Of a DNA stretch of 64,000 nt, positions 49,178 to 56,745 are shown in pieces. How positions within the stretch are numbered: the first letter of the stretch is position 1; each line of letters opens with the position of its first letter. Both the position numbers and the translations under genes were made by a program. Source of the stretch: a bacterium. GTDB taxonomy: Bacteria > CAIWAD01. The notes under the pieces were generated by a model. It was not told the DNA's origin and ran no database searches. It was given only the letters and a program-made list of their open reading frames with translations. Location: positions 13,812-77,811 of the forward strand of contig JAUIFJ010000013.1 in the NCBI GenBank assembly GCA_030429345.1, in the 5' to 3' direction.

Positions 49178-52100
49178 CTATTCGGTGACGGCTTCCACGT
49201 AGTAGTAGCTGTTGAAGGCCGGCGCGGGAGCGGCCCAGCTCTCGCCGACGAAGCTGCCGCTTTCGTCGATGGCGAATCCGGCCCAGGGGGCGGCGCTGCT
49301 GTAGACATTGTAATACAGGACGCCCGGCACCGTCGTCCATTCCAGCTCCACCAGGCCGTCGGCGACGGTGATCGAGGTGATCACCGGGCGGCAGGATTCC
49401 GTGTTCCAGGGGTCGAAGCTGACCACGCCGAGCGTGCCGTCCTCCTCGTCGTCCCGGATCCGCGCGTCGATGGCGGAGGCCGTGGTCGCGCCCCAGAAGT
49501 TGCCGCAGGCGGACACGTTCTGCGTGCTGCTGTTGTTCAGGGCGAAGCCGCCGTTGTCATGGATGCAGTTGCCGCCGTCGCCTGTCGGACAGGCGCCCAT
49601 GTCGAGGCCGCTGCCCGTGTGCAGCAGGCCGTCGCCCGCGTTGTGGCTGATGTGCGTGCCGCGCAGGCTGAGGCTGAAGCCGGCATGGTCGATGCCCACT
49701 CCCGCGCTGCGGCTGACTTCGCAGTTGTTGAGCGCCATCCAGTTGGACTGGTAGCAGCGCAGGGCCGCCTGTCCATCGCCGGCGTGGCGTAGACGCAGGC
49801 CGCTCAGGTTTCCGACGCCTTCATAGTGGGAATAGCCGTAGAAGTAGAGGCCGATCCAGTCTCCGGGTGATCCGGCGCTGGGGCCGTCGCCGTTGGTGTC
49901 CCCGTCCACATCGTCCGCGGCGAAGGAGCAGAAGGTGATCGGCTGGGTACCGCTGCCGTTGGCGATCAGCGTGCCGTAGGCCAGCAGCTGGGTCCCGGGC
50001 TGGGCCTTGAGGGTCTGCCGGCCATTCAGGCTCAGGCTGACATTGTCATTGATCGTGATCCCCCCCGTCATCACGAAGGGAAAGCCCGGGCCGCCCTGCT
50101 CCCAGCTGCGGTCGGAGCTCACGCTGCCGTTGAGGGCGAAACCGTTGAAGGCGTTGCCGCTTCCCGTGTTTCCGGAATAACTGGTCAGGGTGACACCTTC
50201 CAGCCTGGCGCCCCAGCTGCCGTTGTCCTCGAAATGGTTGTTGCTGAGCCAGGGCGAGGCGCCTGTACAGGAAACACCTTCGGAAAGGTTGTCGTGCCAC
50301 AGGCTGCTGGACAGGGAGGGACTGCATTCGGAGGCCAACAGCCCCGGCCCCGAGCTGTAGCCGACTTCGCAGGAGTCGATGGTCGCCCAGTTGCTCTGCG
50401 ACAGGCGGATGTTGGCGCTGCTCGAATCGGCGTCGCCGCCGTAATACACGCGGTTGTGCTCCAGATGAACCACGCCCTCGTAGAAGCTGTTGCCGTAGCC
50501 GTAGATGCCGCGCCAGTCGCCGGGCATCGGCTGCAGGGCGCCGTCGCCGTAGGTGTCCCCGCCCACGCTGTCGTCCTTCCAGGACGTGAGCACCGTCGGT
50601 TCTGCCGGAGTGGCCACGCTCTGCAGGCTGCCATAGGTCATGAAGCGTCCGCCTGCTTCTGCCTTGACCAGGGTGCCCGCCGGGAGGGACAGAGTCGTGT
50701 TGTCGCTGATCACCAGCTCCCCGGTGAGCAGGAAGGGGAAGGAGTGCTCCGGATGGGACCAGTTGCGGTTGGTGGTTACCGTGCCGTCCAGGCCGAAGCC
50801 GTTGACGGCATTGCCGCTGCCCGTGTTGCCGCTGTAGCTGGTGACGGTGACGCCTTCCAGCCGTACGCCGTATGCGCCGTTGTCGAGAAACCCGTTGTGC
50901 GTGATCCAGGGGGCGGAGGAGCCCGTGCAGTGCAGGCCATGGTCGCCGTTGTCGGCCAGTATGCTGTTGGACAGGGTGGGGCTGCACTCGAAGACCTGCA
51001 GGCCGGTGTCCAGGCTGTACTCGATGCGGCTGCTGTCGATGGTGGCCCAGTCCGAGCGGTAGAGCCGCAGCCCGCCTTCCTCTTCCAGGCCGCCGTAGCG
51101 CAGCAGGGTGTGATGCATGCTGATCACGCCCTCGTAGAAGCTGTGGCCATAGCCATAGACGCCCCGCCAGTCGCCGGGCGCGGGGGGAATCGGACCATCG
51201 CCCAGGGTGTCGCCGCCGTGGCTGTCGTCGCTGCTGCTGGTCAGCACGACGGGCTCGGCCAGGGTGCCATTGCAGAAGGTGCTTCCGTAGGACAGGATGC
51301 GCGCGTCCGGCATGCCCTTGACCAGGCTGCCTGCGGGCAGGGTCAGGCTGGTGTTGTCGCTGACGGTCAACTCGCCTGTCAGCAGGTAGGGGAAGCCTTG
51401 GTCGGGGTGCGAAAGTGTGCGGTTGGAGGTCAGGGTCCCGTTGAGCGCGAAGGCGTTGACCCCGTTTCCGGTGCCCTCATTGCCCGAGTAGGACGTGACG
51501 GTAATGGCGTCCAGGAAGACTCCGTGGGCGCCATTGTCGTTGAAGACATTGTCCGTCAGCGAGGGAGTGCCCGTGTTGGCGCGATAGCCGTCCAGCGCGT
51601 TGTCGCGCACGAGGTTCGCCGTCAGGCCGGGACTGCAGGCGTAGCTGTAGACGCCGTGGCCGGCATGGTGGCGGATCTCGCTGTCGTGAATGGTGGCCCA
51701 GTCGCAGCGGTCGAGAGTCAGGCCTTGTGCATAGGTTGAGTCTCCTCCGGCATAGCTCAGGGTCGACCAGCTCATCGAGAGCGCGCCCTCGTAGAAGCTG
51801 TGCCCGTAGCACCAGATGCCTGGCCAGTCGCCGGGCGACGCGCTGCCGCCGTCGTTGCCCGTGTCGCCGCCGACGCTGTCGTCGTGGATGCTGGTCAGGG
51901 TCACCGGGTAGCCGGCAAGGCCATTGAGGTAGAGGGTGCCGTAGACGCGCAGCAGGCCCTCGCTCATGCCCTTGAGCACACTCAGCGAATCGACGGTCAG
52001 GGTGGTGTTGTCGGATACGGCCACCTCGTCGGCGAGCACGATGGGGAAGAGGCTGGAAGCCGGCGTGGCCCAGGTCTGGTTGGCGCTGGTGCTGCCATTG

Positions 52101-52810
52101 ACCGCCAGGCCGTTGAGAGCGTTGCCGCTGCCCGTGTTGCCTGTATAAGAGCCTAGCGTGACCCCTTCAAGGCGCGCTCCCCAGCTGCCGTTGAAGAGAC
52201 AGGCGTTGTCGCGGAAGGTGGGAGCGCCGCCGTTGCAGTGAGCGCCGTTGCCCGCGTTCTGCTCGAAGACATTGTCCACCAGCCAGGGGCTGCAGCCCGT
52301 GCTGAACAAACCCGGCCCGGCACTGAAAGCGATCGAACAGTTGTCCAGGTAGATGTAGTTGCTCGAATTGGCGTGGAGCCCCGCGTTCTGGTTCGCGCCC
52401 GGGCCGCCGCCGTAGTGGATCTGGCAGAAATCCAGGTCCCCGGCTCCTTCATAGTGGGCGGCGCCGTAAAAATCGATGCCGTCCCAATCGCCGGGGGCCG
52501 GTGTGCCGTCGCTGCCGCTGATGCCTTCCCCGACGCTGTCGTCGTGGATCGAGGTGAAGACGATGGGCGTGTCCGCCGTCCCCGGCGCCAGCAGGGTGCC
52601 GAGGACCGTGAGGCGCACGCCGGGAGCGCACTTGAGCACCACGCCCGGTTCGAGGCTCAGGGTGGTGTTGTCGCCAATCGTCAGGTCGTCGGTGGCGTGG
52701 TAGGTGCCGGCGCTCCAGGTCTGGCCGCCGACCTCCCCGCTGACCTCGGTGCTCGCCTGCGCCAGGCCGGCCAATGCCGGAAGCAGCAGGCAGATCAAGC
52801 TCGCTCTCAC
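49178..52810 (-). CDS. Five-module beta-helix exoprotein, paralog 1 (1,210 aa)
   Basis: GTG start with AAGGGGA upstream. Signal peptide MRASLICLLLPALAGLAQAS. Five DDSxGGDTxxDG..PGDWxG modules, four GNTGSGNxxNG motifs, the NosD/CASH-like cap ACGNFWGATTASAIDARIRDD..VSFDPW, and a C-terminal domain ..LVELEWTTVPGVLYYNVYSS..YYYVEAVTE. Confidence 0.85.
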   Translation of the reverse strand: MRASLICLLLPALAGLAQASTEVSGEVGGQTWSAGTYHATDDLTIGDNTTLSLEPGVVLKCAPGVRLTVLGTLLAPGTADTPIVFTSIHDDSVGEGISGSDGTPAPGDWDGIDFYGAAHYEGAGDLDFCQIHYGGGPGANQNAGLHANSSNYIYLDNCSIAFSAGPGLFSTGCSPWLVDNVFEQNAGNGAHCNGGAPTFRDNACLFNGSWGARLEGVTLGSYTGNTGSGNALNGLAVNGSTSANQTWATPASSLFPIVLADEVAVSDNTTLTVDSLSVLKGMSEGLLRVYGTLYLNGLAGYPVTLTSIHDDSVGGDTGNDGGSASPGDWPGIWCYGHSFYEGALSMSWSTLSYAGGDSTYAQGLTLDRCDWATIHDSEIRHHAGHGVYSYACSPGLTANLVRDNALDGYRANTGTPSLTDNVFNDNGAHGVFLDAITVTSYSGNEGTGNGVNAFALNGTLTSNRTLSHPDQGFPYLLTGELTVSDNTSLTLPAGSLVKGMPDARILSYGSTFCNGTLAEPVVLTSSSDDSHGGDTLGDGPIPPAPGDWRGVYGYGHSFYEGVISMHHTLLRYGGLEEEGGLRLYRSDWATIDSSRIEYSLDTGLQVFECSPTLSNSILADNGDHGLHCTGSSAPWITHNGFLDNGAYGVRLEGVTVTSYSGNTGSGNAVNGFGLDGTVTTNRNWSHPEHSFPFLLTGELVISDNTTLSLPAGTLVKAEAGGRFMTYGSLQSVATPAEPTVLTSWKDDSVGGDTYGDGALQPMPGDWRGIYGYGNSFYEGVVHLEHNRVYYGGDADSSSANIRLSQSNWATIDSCEVGYSSGPGLLASECSPSLSSSLWHDNLSEGVSCTGASPWLSNNHFEDNGSWGARLEGVTLTSYSGNTGSGNAFNGFALNGSVSSDRSWEQGGPGFPFVMTGGITINDNVSLSLNGRQTLKAQPGTQLLAYGTLIANGSGTQPITFCSFAADDVDGDTNGDGPSAGSPGDWIGLYFYGYSHYEGVGNLSGLRLRHAGDGQAALRCYQSNWMALNNCEVSRSAGVGIDHAGFSLSLRGTHISHNAGDGLLHTGSGLDMGACPTGDGGNCIHDNGGFALNNSSTQNVSACGNFWGATTASAIDARIRDDEEDGTLGVVSFDPWNTESCRPVITSITVADGLVELEWTTVPGVLYYNVYSSAAPWAGFAIDESGSFVGESWAAPAPAFNSYYYVEAVTE

Positions 52811-52830
52811 TGTGGTCCCCTTTATGGCTG

Positions 52831-52860
52831 TAAAAATCCCCGCCCCTTCGTGGGGCGGGG
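52831..52860 (-). terminator. Canonical intrinsic terminator between paralog 2 and paralog 1, 21 nt upstream of the paralog 1 start
   Basis: On the minus strand: CCCCGCCCC-ACGAA-GGGGCGGGG followed by ATTTTTA (complement of 52831-52837). Confidence 0.7.
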
Positions 52861-52950
52861 AGTCTCAGTGTAGCCAATTGACAAAAATGTCTCCATACGT
52901 CAAATGCCTTAGTGGTCCCGGCGAAAAAAGTTCGGCCGGCAAGGTTGCGG

Positions 52951-55900
52951 CTACTCCAGCACGGCTTCGACCTTGTAGTAGGTATTGACGCCGGGGGTGC
53001 TTTCGCTCCAGCTGTTTCCGTCCAGCGCGCCGTCCAGGTCCACGCTGTAGCCGCCCCAGGGCATTGTGCTGCTGTAGACGATGTAGGAGCTGGCGCCCGC
53101 AACCGGCGTCCAGGTGAGCTGCACCTGGCCATCGGCGACGAGGATCTCGAAGATCACCGGCGCGCAGCTGGTGGCGTTCCAGGGGCTGAAATCGACGGCG
53201 CCCTTGGCGGCATCTTCCTCGTCATCGTAGATCAGGGCATCGACGCCGGCGGCGTCGAAAGCGCCCCAGTAGTTGCCGCAGGCCTCGAGAGGATCGGCGG
53301 TGTCATTGTAGAGCGCAAAGCCTCCGTTGTCCGAGATGCAGTTGCCGCCGGCCGCCCCGTCGCAGGCGCCCATTGCCAGGCTGCCGCTGTTGAAGCGGAT
53401 GCCGTCGCCGCCGTTGTCGCTGACGACGCTGCCGGTCAGGCTGAGGGAGCTGGCGCTGACCTCGATGCCATGACCCTGGTGATTGTCGACCAGGGAGGCC
53501 GTCACTTCGACCGCCGCGGCTGCCAGGACATCCAGGCCGGCCTGGCCGTCTCCGCCGTAGGAGATGCGGCAGTTTCTGAGGGTGGCCGCGCCCTCGTTGG
53601 TGCCGCCTCCGTCAATGACCAGGCCTTTCCAGTCGCCAGGCTGGCCGCTGCCGGGACCATCGGAATTGCTGTCCCCGTCCACGCTGTCGTCGGCGATGGA
53701 GGTGAAGGTGATCCGCTGGGCGCCCTCGCCGATGGCAAGGAGCGTGCCATCGATCGTCAGGCTCATGCCGGGCTGGCTCTTGAAGGTCGTTCCCGGCAGC
53801 AGCGTGAGCTGGCGGTTGTCGGGCACGATCACCTCCCCGGCCAGCACGAAGGGAAATCCGCTGCCGCTGGACAGGCTGTCGAGGAAGATGGTGCTGCCGC
53901 GCAGGCCGAAACCATTGACGCCGTTGCCGCTGCCGGTGTTGCCCAGATTGGTCGAGATGCGGCAGTCGTCGAAGAGGACGCCGTACTGGCTGTTGTTGGC
54001 GAAGTGGGCCTGGCGTAGATCCGGCTGGCTGGTTCCGGTTGCCAGGAGGCCGTGTTCCAGATTGTACTCGTAGCGGCCGCCGCGGATCTCGGGGCTGGCC
54101 GGCACACAGCGCAGGCCGCTGGCGCTGCAGGCGACCGCGCGGCAATCCGTGAGGAAAGCCTGGTCGGAGCCTTCGAGCTCGATGCCGCCGACCAGTCCCC
54201 CGCTGCCGCCGCCGTGATACAGATGCAGGCTTGCCAGGTCCACGGTTCCTTCATTGACCCCAATGCCATAGGCACGAATGCCAAGCCAGTCGCCAGGCAT
54301 GCCCGTGCTCGGGCCATCGGAGTAGGTATCACCGCCAAAGGCGTCTTCCCGCCAGCTGCAGAGGCGCACGGGATTCATCTCGTCGGCATTGCAGTTGAGG
54401 CGGCCGTATACGAGCAGCTGGCTGCCGTCCTCGCCCTTGATCAGCGTGCCCGGCGAAAGCTCCAGCACCCGGTTGTCGGCTACGATGGCCTCGCCCGTCA
54501 GGATGAGCGGAAAAGCGCTTTCGGTGGACCAGATGCGGTTTGCCTGCGCCGAGCCCTGGATCGCCAGGCCGTTGACGCCGTTGCCGCTGCCGCTGTTGCC
54601 GCTGTAGTCGGTGAAGTCCGCGTTCTCCAGGAGCGCCCCGTAGCCGGTGTTGCCGCTGAAGGTGTTGTCGTACAACTCGGGAGCTCCCTGGTTCGAGTAG
54701 AGGCCGCGATCGCCGTTGTCCTCGAAGACGCAGCCCTGGAAGACCGGGTCGGAGTTCAGGTTGGCGAAGCCATCCTGCAGGGCGCGGTCGAAGCGGCAGC
54801 TGTCGATCTGCGCCAGCAGGCTGATCGTCGAATAGACGCTGCCCGTGGAACCGCCGGCGCTGCCTCCGTAGCGGAACCAGGTGTGCGCCAGGTCCAGGGT
54901 GCCCTCGCTGGTGCCGATGCCGTCCGCCGCCACGCCGATCCAGTCGCCGCCCGCAGCGGGGGTGGCGTCGCCGGGCTTGCTGTCTCCGCCCCAGCTGTCG
55001 TCGCGCAGGGAGGTGAAGCGCACCGGGTTGCCGGACACGCCGTTGGAGACCAGCGCGCCGTATACGAAGAGTTCGCCGGCGCTCTCGCTCTTGAAGAGGC
55101 AGCCCGCTTCAAGAGTCAGCAGGCGGTTGTCGGGCACCAGCAGCTGCCCATTCAGGATGTAGGGAAACTCGCCGGCTCCGGGGCCGAAAGTGCGGCTGCC
55201 GTTGACCGTGCCGTCGACGGCCAGCCCGTTGTAGAGATTGCCGCTGCCGGCATTGCCGCTCATGTCCTGCAGGTTGCAGTCCAGCAGGCGGCCGCCATAG
55301 GCGCCGTTGTCCTCGAAGTGGCAGTTGTTGACATGGGGCGTCGCCGAGTCGACGAAGAGCCCGTCGCCCGCATTGGCATCGAAGGTGCAGCTGTCCAGGT
55401 CCAGCTCGCAGCTCTCCGCCTGCAGGCCATGGGCGAAGGCGTGATCCACCCGGCAGTTTTCCAGTTCCAGGACGGCGGTGTTCTGGGCATGCAGCCCTCC
55501 GTGATCCACCCCGCCGGCGTAGGCGACCCGCAGGTGAGACAGCAGGCCACGGCCCTCGGAAGTGCCCACGCCGTCGAAGCGCAGCCCGGACCAGTCGCCC
55601 GGCTGGGCGCTGCTGGCGGCACCGTCGCCATTGGTGTCGCCGCCGACGGCGTCGTCGGCCAGCGAGGTGAAGACGATGGGGTCATCCGCGGTGCCATAGG
55701 CGAAGAGCGTTCCGTAGATCCAGAGCAGGCCGCCCGGCGCGCCTTTCAGGGTGCTGCCCTGAACCACATGGAAGCCGATGTTGTCGTTGGCGCGCAGGGT
55801 ATCGGTCAGCACCAGCGGAAACTGGGCGCCGGGCGTTCCCAGGCTGTCGCCGGTGCTCATGCTGCCGTGGATGCCCAGGCCGTTGATGCCGTTGCCGCTT

Positions 55901-56583
55901 CCCGTGTTGCCCAGGGTGTTGTTGAGCGTGACATCGTCCAGGCGGCCGCCGTAGCTGCCGTTGTTGTCGAACTGGCAGCCCCGGACCTCGGTCGAGCCCC
56001 CCAGGCACTGCAGGCCGTGTTCCGCGTTGTCGCTGAAGAAGCTTTCCACCAGTTCGATCGTACCTGCATCTGTCAACAGGCCGGTGCCGGCGCAGTCGCG
56101 GATCTCGCTGTGCAGCAGATCCACCGTATTCGGATTCAGGCAGTACACGCCCGCGTTCTGCGTCGCCGCCGTACCGCCGGCCCAGGCGAGCCCCGCGTAG
56201 CGGAAGTCGATCCGCCCTTCCTGGGTGCCGCTGCCGTCGGTGGCAATGCCCGCCCAGTTGCCGGGCGCGGGAACACCGCTGGAGCCGGCGATCACCTCGC
56301 CCACGCTATCGTCGTGCATCGAGGTCAGCGAGACGCCCACGCTGTCGCTGCCGAAAGCGACCAGGCTGCCGAAGACTTCCAGCAGGACGCCGTCGGCGAA
56401 CTTGAGCACGGCCCCGTCCTGCAGGGTCAGCGAGGTATTGTCGTTGACCCAGGAATCGGAGCTCACCAGCCAGGTGCCGGCGGAAAGCGTGCTGCTTCCC
56501 AGGTGGCCGCTGATCTCGGTGTAGGCCGCCAGGCTGTGTGTCATGCCCAGCAGCAGGAAAACGTGAATCCAAAGGGTTCGCAT
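52951..56583 (-). CDS. Five-module beta-helix exoprotein, paralog 2 (1,210 aa)
   Basis: ATG start with AGGAGA upstream. Signal peptide MRTLWIHVFLLLGMTHSLAA. Same five-module order as paralog 1. Cap ACGNYWGAFDAAGVDALIYDD..VDFSPW and C-terminal domain ..QVQLTWTPVAGASSYIVYSS..YYKVEAVLE. Confidence 0.85.
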   Translation of the reverse strand: MRTLWIHVFLLLGMTHSLAAYTEISGHLGSSTLSAGTWLVSSDSWVNDNTSLTLQDGAVLKFADGVLLEVFGSLVAFGSDSVGVSLTSMHDDSVGEVIAGSSGVPAPGNWAGIATDGSGTQEGRIDFRYAGLAWAGGTAATQNAGVYCLNPNTVDLLHSEIRDCAGTGLLTDAGTIELVESFFSDNAEHGLQCLGGSTEVRGCQFDNNGSYGGRLDDVTLNNTLGNTGSGNGINGLGIHGSMSTGDSLGTPGAQFPLVLTDTLRANDNIGFHVVQGSTLKGAPGGLLWIYGTLFAYGTADDPIVFTSLADDAVGGDTNGDGAASSAQPGDWSGLRFDGVGTSEGRGLLSHLRVAYAGGVDHGGLHAQNTAVLELENCRVDHAFAHGLQAESCELDLDSCTFDANAGDGLFVDSATPHVNNCHFEDNGAYGGRLLDCNLQDMSGNAGSGNLYNGLAVDGTVNGSRTFGPGAGEFPYILNGQLLVPDNRLLTLEAGCLFKSESAGELFVYGALVSNGVSGNPVRFTSLRDDSWGGDSKPGDATPAAGGDWIGVAADGIGTSEGTLDLAHTWFRYGGSAGGSTGSVYSTISLLAQIDSCRFDRALQDGFANLNSDPVFQGCVFEDNGDRGLYSNQGAPELYDNTFSGNTGYGALLENADFTDYSGNSGSGNGVNGLAIQGSAQANRIWSTESAFPLILTGEAIVADNRVLELSPGTLIKGEDGSQLLVYGRLNCNADEMNPVRLCSWREDAFGGDTYSDGPSTGMPGDWLGIRAYGIGVNEGTVDLASLHLYHGGGSGGLVGGIELEGSDQAFLTDCRAVACSASGLRCVPASPEIRGGRYEYNLEHGLLATGTSQPDLRQAHFANNSQYGVLFDDCRISTNLGNTGSGNGVNGFGLRGSTIFLDSLSSGSGFPFVLAGEVIVPDNRQLTLLPGTTFKSQPGMSLTIDGTLLAIGEGAQRITFTSIADDSVDGDSNSDGPGSGQPGDWKGLVIDGGGTNEGAATLRNCRISYGGDGQAGLDVLAAAAVEVTASLVDNHQGHGIEVSASSLSLTGSVVSDNGGDGIRFNSGSLAMGACDGAAGGNCISDNGGFALYNDTADPLEACGNYWGAFDAAGVDALIYDDEEDAAKGAVDFSPWNATSCAPVIFEILVADGQVQLTWTPVAGASSYIVYSSTMPWGGYSVDLDGALDGNSWSESTPGVNTYYKVEAVLE

Positions 56584-56694
56584 GCGAAGGTCTCCTGTGT
56601 GTCTTTCGGAGGATGGTTTAATAGCGCGGGCCCCTGTCGCCTTGCAGACCGCGCCAGTCCTGACGAGCGCTGCAGACGGGCGGAAGCCCCAAGG

Positions 56695-56722
56695 AACAGC
56701 CCGACTCGAGAGACGGGCTGTT
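56695..56722. other. Hairpin in the paralog 3 - paralog 2 spacer (weak terminator or processing site)
   Basis: AACAGCCCG (56695-56703) / CGGGCTGTT (56714-56722) with a 10-nt loop. There is no good U-tract on the minus (coding) strand. Confidence 0.3.
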
Positions 56723-56745
56723 CTGTTTCAATGGGTCGTGTTTTC

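Noticed and set aside
56642-56657. Sigma-54-like string CTGGCGC-GGTC-TGCAA on the minus strand upstream of paralog 2
   Set aside because: The GG-to-GC spacing is 2 nt shorter than in the TGGCAC-N5-TTGC consensus, and this spacing is strict for sigma-54. The -24 element also reads GGCGC.
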